A program made the position numbers and the translations under genes. A stretch of 38,690 nucleotides of DNA. Source: Octopus bimaculoides (lineage: Eukaryota). This document shows positions 11,106-22,739 of the stretch, piece after piece (the stretch's first letter is position 1; every line of letters starts with the position of its first letter). The notes under the pieces were generated by a model that searched no databases, was not told where the DNA came from, and was given only the letters and a program-made list of their open reading frames with translations. Where the stretch lies: positions 33,927,306-33,965,995 of the forward strand of contig NC_069001.1 of assembly GCF_001194135.2 (NCBI RefSeq), in the 5' to 3' direction.

Positions 11106-12234
11106 TGCTTCTCACTACTAAAACCAAACACAAAAACACTTTGTACAAATCTTTTTCACCAGAACTGTAATCCTCTCAGATGTCTCTCTGTTTACATTTT
11201 TACTTTACATCATCCTGCAATCACATCAACTCCTCCTGTTTGGTTGCGGGAGTGTTGATGAGGAGGAGAAACTAAAAAGATATTGTTACCCCCTCCTCCT
11301 CCTCCTCAAACTAAGAAGTTAAAGAAAATATATTAAGAAGTTTATGAAAAAGTGGAATAAACTGTGAATAGATAAATTACTTCCAATATGAAAAAAAAAA
11401 ACAAATTGTTATTTCTTGATTTTTGCAAGTGTGTCATACATACTCTGATCAATACAAACATCCATCCATGATATATATTTCTAGTACAAAGCAACAAGGT
11501 ATGTAATCCATATTACTTGTTTTCTTTGAAAATAAGGATGAGAATAAAAGTACTTGTTACATGGGAATGTTGCCATTATGCCCCTTACTGCCATCATGGT
11601 TCTTGTGTTCTGTGAGATTAATTTACAATATTGCATCATTTCCTGGTGACTTCAATCAGTTAGGTTTCTCTCAGTAGAGGCTAGATTGCATTGAAGCATA
11701 CATAAGAGGTGTGAGGCTGAATATTACGAATAGCAAATATTGAATGTCGAAGATGGGAAAGCAGGGAGCAGAAAAATGAATTGAGCACTGGATGTGTAAT
11801 TTTAAATTTACTGGAAATCAGAGCTGTGTGAGTGAGCTGTGTGAAAGGAGTTGGGCATTAAAGACATCAGGCAACGTGTGAAAGGAATGTGATGGTACGA
11901 GATTGGTTACATAATGTGAATGGACATTTATCTGCAAGGTGAAAATTGGTGTCAGCTGAAAGCAGAAGATACCTGTTACAGAGCAAAACCAAAGAAGTCT
12001 GTAAGAAGCAATACAATATGCCCTGGATAGAATTTGGTAAAAGACAGCGAATAGTGAACATTTTATTCTTTCTTTCCATTATCAAATACATTAACCAATT
12101 TAAAATTTTTTATAGTATACTTTGTCCCATTAAAAAGAATACAAAATTGCATTATATATTTTCTTTTTCCCATTATTTTTCCCTTTGTAACTGTCAAAAC
12201 AGATTCTTTTATATTATTTCAATCTAGCTCTTTA

Positions 12235-12390
12235 AGTAGAGAACTTGTAGTCATTTTAGCGCTGACTGGATGGAATGTCTTACAATGTTTATTGCGATTC
12301 TCTCCATTCTAAGTTCAAATCTAATGAAGGTCAGTTTTGCCTGTCATCATTTTGGTGGGGTCAATAAAAACTAAGAACCAGTCCAAAGCA
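12235..12390 (+). mobile_element. Family C SINE, decayed
   Basis: cattctaagttcaaatc...ggtcagttttgcctgtcatcattttgg...ggtcaataaaa...accagt matches the reverse complement of 17311-17523. Confidence 0.6.
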
Positions 12391-12483
12391 GTGGATTGAC
12401 AGACTTCTTTGAGAATCAGACACGATGTGTTGCAGCATCAGTTCCAGCTCTGTGCATTCTGAATTGAAAACACTACCTGTCAC

Positions 12484-13114
12484 CAGCACTGGATTAAGCA
12501 CAATAAGCACATACTTATGACATCAAGTGAAGGGGGCATCATAGACATGGTAAATGGTTTATGGCACAAAATAAATCACTTTAAACTTGGAGAAAATTTT
12601 TCAAATATAATAAAGTGGATAATATGCAAAAATAAACATTATTTTCTATCTTACTGTTAGTTTTGTTCCATTTTGAAAAATAAAAATTACATTTTATGGT
12701 TCATTACTATTTATGGCATAGTAGTTAGTGTGGAGCTCACAGTTATGAGGTAGTGAGTTCGATTCCCAGATTATGCTGTGTGTTGTGTTCTTGAGCAAGG
12801 CACTCTATTTTCACGATGCTCCAGTTCACTCAGCTGTAGAAATAAGTTGTGAAAATTCATTGGTGCCAAGCTGTATCAGCTATTGCTTTTCCCTTAGATA
12901 ACATCAGTGGCATGGAGAGGGGAGGCTGGTATGCATGGGTGACTGCTGGATTCACACAAACAAACTTGCCTGGATTTGTACCTCGGAGGGTAACTTTTCA
13001 GGTGCAATCCCATGGTCATTCATGACTGAAAGGGGTCTTTACCTTATTTTGAATTGAATATATATGTGGGCTTCAAAATATTTTAGGGCCTCTATGCGTC
13101 TTGATCCAGCCCTG
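12484..13114. mobile_element. Decayed hAT-type non-autonomous element with a nested SINE
   Basis: Left end cagcactggattaag matches the reverse complement of the right end (cagggctggatcaag) at 12/15. The 8-bp flanks cctgtcac and ccagtgac match at 6/8, fitting the 8-bp TSD of hAT elements. Confidence 0.55.
12711..13043 (+). mobile_element. tRNA-headed SINE (family D body)
   Basis: Head has gtgagttcgattcccag and gttcttgagcaaggcact...ctccagttcactcagctg (shared with 3990 and 34110), followed by a distinct 3' body. Confidence 0.8.
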
Positions 13115-13797
13115 CCAGTGACAAAAATAACAGTGACACTTCTTTAAGAGTTGTGAGTAACAGATTCTTTCAGCAACTTGTAAAACTAATAAAAATACAA
13201 TTTCCTTGGTTTCACCAGAAGTTTGACTGCCACCATATTATCAGCTCTTCATAACTTTCTCTAATAGCAATAATCAATTTGCTGGCAAGAGTACAATGGT
13301 ATATTTAAGTCAGTAAAAGTTTCTGGTCCCTGTTCATAGTATCACATAACTATTTGATCAATATTGTATATCTTAATATATATATATAGACTGCAATAAT
13401 AAAAAAAATCATGCTGTGAAGTTTAATAAGTCTGGTGGGATTGATTAGCCTTTTGGCAACTCTGTGAGAGGAAGATTAATAATGTATTTAGTTTTGTGAA
13501 AGAAGAATGAATCTCTCACATCAAGACTAACTTTTTCATATTTATTAAAAAAAAGAGTGAGCTAAGGGAAGTAATTCAATCGGATTAATGCCATGAATGT
13601 AAATAATTCAGGTAGATGCTGATGTTTTGAATGACATATGCAGGAATTACTCAACGAATTGAAATTTGCTTTCTACTTGGAGAAAGAAAAGAAAAAACCT
13701 AGCAGCAATTTTTGGTGACCAACAAACAAATTGGGAGATGATAATTACTAGAAATCACAAGTTAATTTCACTGAAAATTATAAATTTTCATGCTTAG

Positions 13798-14265
13798 AGA
13801 GGCATGGCTGCATGGTAAGATGTTTACTTCCCAACCACATGATTCTATGTTCAATCCCACTGCATTACACCTTGGGCAAGTGACTTCTGCTACAGCTTCA
13901 GCTGATCAAAGCCTTGAGTAGATTTTGTAGATGGAAACTGAAAGAAGCCCATTGTGTGTGTATGGCATATTAGGTGAGTGTCTTCTACAAAAGCTTTGAA
14001 CCTTCCAAAAGCTTGTGAATGAATTTGATAGATAGAAACTAAAAGAACCCTGTTGTGTGTGTGCACGCGCATGTGCATGCATGTCTGTGTATGTGTGTGT
14101 GTGTGCACGTGCACATATATATATGTGTGTGTGTTGTGTTGTGTTGGTGTATTTTCTTGTCTTAACATCATCTAATGGTTGTAAATGATCATTGCTCATA
14201 CAAACAGCATTGTTCAGTTTCTAGTTTTCCGTGAAAAACATGTCTGGCTATGAGGAAGAACCAAA
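13798..14265 (+). mobile_element. Family A-head SINE variant with an internal duplication
   Basis: Head ggcatggctgcatggtaag...gttcaatccc. The aagtgtcttct...gatggaaactgaaagaagccc block is present twice. The 3' part resembles 455-560. Confidence 0.8.
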
Positions 14266-14311
14266 TATATTAAACAACTCAAAAGTGCTTAGTTTATTCT
14301 TCAGGTTCTTG

Positions 14312-14713
14312 TTAACCCTTTCCTTACCACATCTCTGTTACACCCTGCCTTTATTTTAAGTAATTTTGAAAATAATGAGGAATTTAGTAAAATAATTGTC
14401 TTATTGCATTGATGCTTGAAACATAAATTACCATGAAATTTTGATACTTCTTCAATCTAAACCCTAGCATTTAAAATGACCATATCCAGCTCAAGTATTC
14501 TACCTGTTTTATGTTCAAACCAGCCAGATCCAGCCTCTCACACCTAACCTACAATTTCATTCAAAAATAAACAATCACATCATTGAAATCTCAAAGCTAC
14601 AAGATAATGCATGATTAATTCAAAACACTGTGAATAAATAAGCATTACATTTGATTGGAAAATTTGAATGCTGAAGGGTTAAAACATGAAGTCTGTATAA
14701 TCAAAAGGGTTAA
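14312..14713. mobile_element. piggyBac-type MITE family P2 (outer element)
   Basis: Termini ttaa|cccttt at 14312 and aaaggg|ttaa at 14704-14713. Interrupted by a P1 copy. Confidence 0.75.
14457..14682 (+). mobile_element. piggyBac-type MITE family P1 (inner, nested)
   Basis: ctaa|accctagcatt...aatgctgaaggg|ttaa. The body matches 31831-32050. Confidence 0.8.
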
Positions 14714-14729
14714 TATTGATTTTTAATAC

Positions 14730-14920
14730 AGGTTCAGGGCTACAAATTTAAGGCAAGCAATAGTTAATTAAACTGATGTCAATACTTAACTGGTACATCA
14801 TGTTATTGGCACTGGAAGGATGATAGTCAGAATTAAGCTGAATGAAATTTGAATACAGAATATGAACAGCCATAACTAAATACCATTTGACATTTTGTCT
14901 GATGCTCTAACAATTCTGTC
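14730..14920 (-). mobile_element. Family C SINE, highly decayed
   Basis: caatacttaactggtac...gaaggatga...aatttgaatacagaat resembles 17380-17520. Confidence 0.5.
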
Positions 14921-15302
14921 TATCAATTAATATTAAGAATGGACCATTTTCAAAACTTCCTTCTGGTACCTGACAAGATTTTAAGGTTAATAGTACTGTT
15001 GCTTCATAGAAACCGTAATGGTAAAAGAAATAATGTTGGTGGGGACAAAGGTAAAAGTATTTCCGGCTGTTGTGGCTGTGGTTTGATGAGTTGTCTGAGC
15101 AGAAATTTGGCAGCTTTATATTGGCATTGGCGTTTTATGATACTGTGAAACCAAATAGCATAGACATATATATATATATATATATATATAGTACCTCTCC
15201 CCACCACACATACGTCACACACAGTTATTTTAGTTGCAGTTGAAATCAAGATAGTCAGTTGGCTGGTGACTGGAGTTAGAGAAAATTCAAGATGTAAACA
15301 AA

Positions 15303-15335
<33 letters not shown>

Positions 15336-15545
15336 CACACACACACACATATACACATATATAAATACATATACATACAAGCACACACACATATACATAA
15401 ATACACATACACATAAATATAGGCATAAATATAAACATATATACATACAGGTACACACATGAACATGTGTGTATGTATATATATTTTTTAAAAATTGTAG
15501 AGGTAACATATATATATGCATAAATAGACACACACACACAGACGT
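15303..15545. repeat. (CA)n/(TA)n/(CATA)n compound low-complexity tract
   Basis: Direct reading. Explains ORFs 15004..15537 and 15303..15602. Confidence 0.9.
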
Positions 15546-15959
15546 GAATATGTTTATTTGGTTGGTGTTGGTTTGAGGTCTGGTGGTTATAAGTGGTGGC
15601 AATGTTACAAATCTTTTTTGCTTTATTTATCTGCTGAGTTGCATTTGGCCAACATAGATGCTGGTGTTGATATTTTCCAAACAGTGGAAGTTTATCATTA
15701 TCTTTAGCTACCAGGTCACAATTATTAACTTGATGGTTTTTTCTTTTCCTTTTTGTTTTATCAGTCTGAGATGCTTTAAGGGTAGGGAAAAAAACAAAAA
15801 AAAAAAAAACGACAACTAGTATTTGTTTAATAATGTTTGCTTGTGACCTGGTTCAGTGGCCAATCTTAAAGTTACCAGTATTCAAAATAAGTCGAATTTC
15901 AGAGCTGTTTCAGGAGCACTTTCACAACATTTTGACTAGAAAGAAAGCATGCAAATCTA

Positions 15960-16237
15960 TTCATAAACAGCCCATGTAATTAATGTGCAAGTGGCTGAGT
16001 ACTCCATAGACAAACATACCCTTAATGTAGTTCCCAGCAAGGTTGAGTATGACACAGAATGTGACAAGGCTGGTCCTTTGAATTACAAGTGCAACACATT
16101 TTTGCTAGTTGAGTGGACTGCAGAAATGTAAAATAAAGTGCCTTGTTCAAGGTCACAACACACTGCTGCCAGCAATCGAATTCACGAACTTATGACCATG
16201 AGACAAATACCCAAATCATTAAGTCATGTGCCTCCAT
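15960..16237 (-). mobile_element. Family B SINE, decayed
   Basis: taatgtgcaagtggctgagtactcca...gtgacaaggctggtcctttgaattacaag and head aatcgaattcacgaac...gtgcctcca. Confidence 0.8.
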
Positions 16238-16671
16238 GAATGTATGAATAAAGTGTTTATTGCAATATACAAGCTAAAGAAACTTGTTTAAACATAGCAT
16301 TAAAGGTTGAAATGACTTCATTAATAAAACTGGGAGAGTGAGTAGCTGAGAGAGAAAGAAAGTATGAATGTGTGTGGGTGTGTGTGTGTGTGTGTGCACC
16401 TATTCTGCAGCTTGTAATGATTTCTACACGTTATTTTTTTGTTATAAAAACAGAGACACTGAGCAGGGAATGGATGGGTGGGAGAAAGTCAGAATGGAGC
16501 CATTGATCTCCTGTAAATGTAACAAATTTTCTCCTAATAAATTATAGAATACGAGCAAAAGAACAGATGTTGGAAACATAATTATTTTAACTAAAACAAT
16601 TTTTCACATCTTTAGGCTTGCAAATGTTTTCATAACACTCTCTCTATATATATCTTTTTTTTAACAAAATC

Positions 16672-16975
16672 ATTTTCTATGGAAAATTTGCCAAAGAATT
16701 TAATCTGTCTCATGTCAGGGGCAGCCATTGATATATCTTCCTAAGCTTTAGTTTACTAAAGCTTCCCTTTGCCATGCCTACATTTATAGGTATCATCAAC
16801 ATTATTCTTAATGCAGCGCACATATTTAGCATGACATCATGTGACTTATTACTATTGATGAATCTAATGGCTTTTATCGGAAGCTTTATATCTCCAGGAA
16901 ATAATTCTCCTGCAATATTGAGCTCAGTCATGATATAGCATCCATTAATATCACCAGCATAACATTTTTTTCTTA
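16672..16975 (-). mobile_element. hAT transposase C-terminal (dimerisation, PF05699-like) pseudogene fragment
   Basis: Minus frame YAGDINGCYIMTELNIAGELFPGDIKLPIKAIRFINSNKSHDVMLNMCAALRIMLMIPINVGMAKGSFSKLKLRKIY, then (after a stop) DRLNSLA and (after a frameshift) FSIEND. This aligns to the hAT consensus ALRILLTIPVTVASAERSFSKLKLIK.YLRSTM.QERL..LA.LSIE. Confidence 0.85.
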
Positions 16976-17310
16976 TGGCTCAAAATATACGCAGCTCTGT
17001 TCTTATTTGTAAATACGTAAAATCCTATCCACTGGTGTGCAGGCTTGAGCAGATGATACTATCCTGAGGAGGTCAAATAGACTGAAACATGTTCATATTT
17101 AGCCATTGCCTGAAAACAAACACCAGATTGCTCTTTCCCTAAATACATAAATTGACTTTAGAAATTTGTTCTTAATTTTTGGAAATGATCGCTCTTTCTC
17201 TTTAAGACTTGCTAACAACTGTAACTAGTTTTATTTTCCCTCTTTTCCAACTCAGAGAAAAATTGCAGTTTATTGTTTGTGACATTCATTATCATTTAGT
17301 TCAGCAATAC

Positions 17311-17523
17311 TGATATCAAATTTTGGCACAAGGCCATCAAGTTCAGGGATTGGGGTCAGTCAATTACGTTGACCCCAGTGCTCAACTGGTATTCATTTTA
17401 TTGGCTCAGAAAGAATGAAAGGCAAAGTTGAACTCAGCAGAATTAGAACTCATAGCATAAAGACAGAAGAAATGCCACTAACCATTTTGCTTGATGTGCT
17501 AATGATTCTGTCAGCTTGTTGCC
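17311..17523 (-). mobile_element. Family C SINE
   Basis: Minus strand has ...gagttctaattctgctgagttcaactttgcctttcattctttc...aataaaatgaataccagttgagcactggggtcaacgtaattgac...ccttgtgccaaaatttga. Related copies occur at 12235, 33636, 33790 and 36983. Confidence 0.8.
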
Positions 17524-17824
17524 TTTTTTAGTTTAGTAAAATTAACATTAACTTGAATCAACTTAAAGAATTTCCACATTTTGTCTTATTTTACTTAATT
17601 TTATTTTCACATTTTCTCCTTTATATTCCAAAGAAGGCACTCTTAGCTCATGGCACCCTGGGGAACTGCCTGAGTGGTTTGTACCTTCAGCTAGCTCTGA
17701 CCTGATTCTTCATCTTTTCTCTGTTCCAATCTTTTCAGCTTCACAGAAGCTATGTTGATCCCACATGCAAACAAAGGACAGACAATATTAAAAAGAAGGC
17801 TTATTTGATTGTTTGGCTTCACTG

Positions 17825-18035
17825 TTTAATATTTAAGCCAACCATATCCTACCAAAATATTCTGTTTTATGTTCAAACTGACTAGATCCAGCTTCTCACA
17901 CCTACCCTACAATGTCAGACTACAAACAAGTAATCACATCATTGAAATCTGAAGGCTACAGATAAGATAATGTGAGATAAATGATAAGCAAGGTGAATAA
18001 ATAAGTATTGCATTTGATAGTGACCTGAATGCTCA
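17825..18035 (+). mobile_element. MITE family P1, decayed
   Basis: tgttttatgttcaaactgactagatccagcttctcacacctaccctacaatgtc...aatcacatcattgaaatct is shared with the other P1 copies. Confidence 0.75.
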
Positions 18036-18094
18036 CTTATGTTTGTCTGATTCATAAAACCAAACTTTTTTTCATGCAGTGTTTTCTTCTGTGA

Positions 18095-18335
18095 CAACAA
18101 GAAAGTTTGCTCCACGAGCTGTATACACCTCTCCACCCATGCCTACCTGGCACACATCTCTTCTCTTGCTGCTCCTACTATGTCTCCCCCACTCAGACTA
18201 AGTACTTTTCTCGAGCATTCCTCTTAAGAACTGAAGCTTTCTGTAATCCCCACCCTGTCTCTACATGATTCCTACAAGCATGTCCTTATTGAAGTTCAAA
18301 CTGAACATCAACTGTATTGATCTCACGTGTCTGGG
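18095..18335 (+). mobile_element. Decayed 3' end of a non-LTR retroelement ORF (CR1/Jockey/I-group type)
   Basis: Reads TKYFSRAFLLRTEAFCNPHP...IPTSMSLLKFKLNINCIDL, similar to the SF.PRT..LWNSLP...FP.S.NL..FK..IN C-terminus of such LINEs. Confidence 0.55.
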
Positions 18336-18572
18336 TGAGTTTAACAAAGGTCAGGGGAACTGCTGTGATTGATTGAAGAAAAACGTTATTGATTCAAGTA
18401 TTTAATTAGTGACGAATTATTGAACAGAATTAGGAAACTATTGAAATAATGGCTGATTGTAAAACTGAAGAACGTTTGACATCGTTAACAAAATGTGGAT
18501 ACTTTGATAACAACACAAACACACACCAATGGTGAAAAGGTGTCAGAGTTATAGAGTGAGAAGTCTATTAGA

Positions 18573-18962
18573 GGTTGTTGTTGTTGGCACTCCGTCGCTT
18601 ACGACGTCGAGGGTTCTAGTTGATCCGATCAACAGAACAGCCTGCTCGTGAAATTAACGTGCAAGTGGCTGAGCACTCCACAGACACGTGTACCCTTAAC
18701 ATAGTTCTCGGGGATATTCAGCGGGACACACTGTGACAAGGCTGACCCTTTGAATTACAGGCACAACAGAAACAGGAAGAAAGAGTGAGAGAAAGTTGTG
18801 GTGAAAGAGTACGGCAGGGTTTGCCAGCATCCCCTGCCGGAGCCCCGTGGAGCTTTAGGTGTTTTCGCTCAATAAACGCTCACAATGCCCGGTCTGGGAA
18901 TCGAAACCGTGATCCTATGACCGCGAGTCCGCTGCCCTAACCACTGGGCCATTGCACCTCCA
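18573..18962 (-). mobile_element. Full-length, little-diverged tRNA-Arg-like SINE (family B tail) with an 8-bp TSD
   Basis: Head GGTGCAATGGCCCAGTGGTTAGGGCAGCGGACTCGCGGTCATAGGATCACGGTTTCGATTCCCAGACC aligns to tRNA-Arg. The tail is (AAC)n. ctattaga flanks both sides (18565-18572 and 18967-18974). Confidence 0.9.
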
Positions 18963-19026
18963 CCCCCTATTAGAAGTACACTGAACTAACAAGTATGTTA
19001 ATTCATCTTTTTACATGCATTTTAGT

Positions 19027-19245
19027 CTCTCTTATTCTCTTTACTCTCTTTTACTTGTTTCAGTCATTTGACTGTGGCCATGCTGGAGCATCGCCTTTAG
19101 TCTAGCAAATCGACCCCAGGACTTATTCTTTGTAAGCCTAGTACCTATCCTGTCGGTCTCTTTTTGCCGAACGGCTAAGTTACGGGGACGTAAACACACC
19201 AGCATCGGTTGTCAAGCGATGGTGGGGGGGACAAAAACAGACACA

Positions 19246-19341
<96 letters not shown>

Positions 19342-19472
19342 CATATATACAACGGGCTTCTTTCAGTTTCCATCTACCAAATCCACTCACAAGGCTTTGG
19401 TTGGTTTGAGGCTATAGTAGAAGACACTTGCCCAAGATGCCACGCAGTGGGACTGCACCGGGAACCATGTGT
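19027..19472 (-). mobile_element. Family A SINE, nearly full-length, long internal (TG)n
   Basis: Near-identical to 2137-2564 but lacks the first ~35 nt of the head. Confidence 0.9.
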
Positions 19473-19543
19473 TTAATTTCTTTGAATATCTTGTTAATTA
19501 GGGTGTGTTGTCTCTTCTGACGCATTTAGAATTCTTTTAGCAG

Positions 19544-19635
19544 CTTTGGGGAAAATCTGGATCCAAAAATGGTATCAAAGCTCTTGTTTCCACTTGTATC
19601 TATGGTGGAAAGCAAATCTTCGAATGATAATGGAG
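19544..19635 (+). CDS. Candidate internal exon of an unidentified gene
   Basis: Branch-like ttctgac at 19515-19521, acceptor ttcttttagcag| (NAGNAG) and donor GAG|gtaaac. Two frames are open, one being FGENLDPKMVSKLLFPLVSMVESKSSNDNG. No homology recognised. Confidence 0.3.
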
Positions 19636-20144
19636 GTAAACAAAGTTAAGTAGATTCATATCTTTGAAAAGAGAAACACTGTTGTTGGATGAGGTGATAT
19701 GTTTGGCATTTTATTCAGTTTAATGTTGTGTTATTGTGTTTTGTGTTGCATGGTTATTAATATGCTTTAGATATATATACGTAAAGCAATATAAACTACT
19801 CCCTAAGCCCTGCAAGATTTTATGTGCTAAGCTTTGGTTTCATATATAATGTTGTCGAGATATAACACCTTTTTCATTTAAAGGATGCTGGTTTATCATA
19901 AATAACATTCTTGGGTGATCTGCTACTTAAATCAGAATTAAGTGATATAGAATACAGTGTTTTACTCAAAAAACAAAATAAACAACTGGTAACATATTTG
20001 GTCTTCTCAGCTTGTCCAATACTTTATCCATTTGAGCATTTTATGTCTCCGTACACTTGTGTGCTTTTTCTTATGGCTGTTTGTATGGCATGTGTTTTAT
20101 TAAGTTTTAGGATCTTGATACAGTGTGGTCTACAGATATTTATT

Positions 20145-20390
20145 GATAGGTGCCTTGCAACTGTATAATTTCAGGTTCAGTCCTGTGCTTCTGTGCTCCA
20201 CCTTGTGCAAGTGTCTTCTACTGTAACTCAGTGTTGGCAAAATCCTTGTGAGTGAAATTGTGTGTCATCGTCGTTGTTGTTGTTTTGATGTTTACTTTTG
20301 CATGCTTGCATGAATAAGATGGAATTCCTTGGCGTGTCCTTCTTCTAACCAACCCTTACCTATTTCAAAGTAAGGAAACAAGAAACACCT
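20145..20390 (+). mobile_element. Decayed family A-head SINE
   Basis: caggttcagtcc...ccttgtgcaagtgtcttcta...aatccttgtgagtgaaatt. Confidence 0.6.
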
Positions 20391-20734
20391 TCTGTATGAC
20401 AGTGGTACTCACAAACAACAATTACGCACACATGCATGCTCATGCACACATTCTTGTGCACACATGCATGTGCACACATATACACATGGACTCTAAGTCA
20501 AGTACAAAGGTAACATCCTATAGCTTCATCAGAGCCTTGCATATGAAATGCACTTTATTTGGGAAAGTTACATTTTCAGAACATACTTCTTTATTTTCTA
20601 GTTCCTTATAATATTTAATTATAAAAATATAATGAGAATTTTTAAACACCAAATAGCTATGGTGGTCCAGGAGAGTAAAACAGAAATCAAAGGAGGTCCA
20701 TAGATAAAAAATGGTTGAGAACCATTACTCTAGA

Positions 20735-21003
20735 ATCATCGTTCAACGTCTGCTTTCCATGCTAGCATGGGTTGGACGATTTGACTGAGGACTGGTGAAA
20801 CCAGATGGCTACACCAGGCTCCAATCTGATTTGGTAGAGTTTCTACAGCTGGATGCCCTTCCTAACTCCAACCACTCAGAGAGCGTAGTGGGTGCTTTTA
20901 CATGCCACCAGCATGAAGGCCAGTCAGGAGGTAATGGCAACGGCCATGCTCGAAATGGTGTATTTTACGTGCCACCTGCACAGGAGCCAGTCTAGCGGTA
21001 CTC
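20735..21003 (-). mobile_element. Well-preserved RTE 3' UTR/tail copy
   Basis: atcatcgttcaacgtctgctttccatgctagcatgggttggacgatttgactgaggactgg is the close reverse complement of 36835-36905. Confidence 0.9.
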
Positions 21004-21149
21004 TCTAAAACTCTTAGTTGTAGAAGTAATCATCCTTTAGTAAGCATAAATGGCTTAGAAGATGCTAAAAGCCTTATGTAATCCAAGGAGAGGTTTATCA
21101 TTTGCTTCTGACTGCCAGTGAACATGACAGGAAGGTAATAGCATTCGTA

Positions 21150-21680
21150 TCTAAAGATAACCAACGCCACCATTATCACCATGACCACCACAGCCATCAT
21201 TAGTTGAAATATAATAATGATGATGATGATGACGATGATGATGGTGGTTATCATCATTATAGTTAGTCACAAGTTTGCCAAGATCGTCATCTGCTTTATC
21301 AACAGAAGCATAATTACCAGTATCAAATAGCAGCAGCGACATTAGTATTATAACGTTAATGTCACCCTCATCAACGTATGTATTATCATCGATAGCGTAA
21401 CCATCAACCCTATCACTGTTATCGCCACCTCCCGTCTCCTCATGCTACCACCGCTACCACTGCCACCATAATCACTGCAAAAATTAATGTCACCGAGATC
21501 AGTAGACCATCGTTAGCATTACTGTCACCAAGATTATCATCATTCCCTTTAGTGAGACCACCACCACCACCACCACCATCCTCGCCGTCACCATTTACTA
21601 TCATTTGTAATAGCTTTGCCATCACTGGTGACTCCATTGCTAATGTTGATATTAATATCATTACAGTTTCAGTCAGAAGT
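21150..21680. repeat. Degenerate trinucleotide (CAT/GAT/CAC) low-complexity tract
   Basis: 3-nt periodic, decayed repeats. They explain the overlapping poly-I/D/G/P ORFs on both strands. Confidence 0.8.
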
Positions 21681-21811
21681 CATGTTCCCCCCCCCACCAC
21701 ACACACACACACACACATTGGTGCATACACAATGCACTCACATACAAAGACATACATAGTACACATACAGCAATTGCACATACATGCACAGCACATATAA
21801 CATTTACTTGT

Positions 21812-21855
<44 letters not shown>

Positions 21856-21884
21856 TGTACAACACATATATATATACATATATA

Positions 21885-22275
21885 TTCTTTTATATGTTTG
21901 TCATTTGATTGTGGCCATGCTGGAGCCACCGCTTTTAGTCGAACAAATCAACCCCAGGACTTATTCTTTGTAAGCCTAGTACATATTCCATCATTCTCTT
22001 TTGCTGAACTGCTAAGTGACGGGGATGTAAACACACCAGCATTGATTGTCAAGTGATGGTGTGGTGGGGGACAAACACGGACACACAAATATATACACAC
22101 ACATATATATATACATACATATATATATATATGACAGGCTTCTTTCAGTTTCTGTCCACCAAATCTACTCACAAGGCTTTGCTCAGCCCAAGGTTATAAT
22201 AGAAGACACTTGCTAAAGGTGCCACGCAGTGGGACGAGAACCCAGAACCATGTGATTGGTATGCAAGCTACTTAC
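21885..22275 (-). mobile_element. Family A SINE, full-length
   Basis: gtcatttgattgtggccatgctggagccaccgc through ccatgtgattggtatgcaagctacttaccacagagcca. Confidence 0.9.
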
Positions 22276-22598
22276 CACAGAGCCATAAATTTATTGATAT
22301 ATATATATATATATATATATATACGTACAAATATTGCCATAGTCTGAACACCATCACCAGCATGAAAAACCTGATTAATATCACAAATATTGCTATCACA
22401 ATTGTCACCATTAACATCAAGAATCAGCAAAAGTACCGGATCAGCTTTATCTTTTAATTTCCTCGTTTCATTACTTTTGTATTTAAGATGAAACTGAAGA
22501 AATTTGTAAAATCTCAAGTTAGTTAATCTGGGTAATAAAATGAAGGAAGAGAGTATTAATTGCTTGAAGTCTGGTTACCCTTATCTTGTTGAGTACGA

Positions 22599-22631
<33 letters not shown>

Positions 22632-22739
22632 GCATAACTATAGTGCCGCCATAGAAATATTGCAGTCAGTTATTATAACGTTATCAAACAAGGATATCAA
22701 TATGTTATTTACTTTAAAAGGTCACCATTGTCAACTGGT

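Noticed and set aside
11224-11260. Small hairpin catcaac...gttgatg
   Set aside because: Too short (~37 nt) and too interrupted for a pre-miRNA, and no known mature miRNA was recognised.
18885-18962. tRNA-Arg-like sequence
   Set aside because: It is a SINE head that continues into a 300-nt repeat body with a TSD and lacks a proper acceptor stem. It is not called as a tRNA gene.
19911-20168. 85-aa hydrophobic ORF suggesting a small membrane protein
   Set aside because: It starts at a non-ATG codon, its hydrophobicity follows from T-rich composition, and the 3' end overlaps a decayed SINE head.
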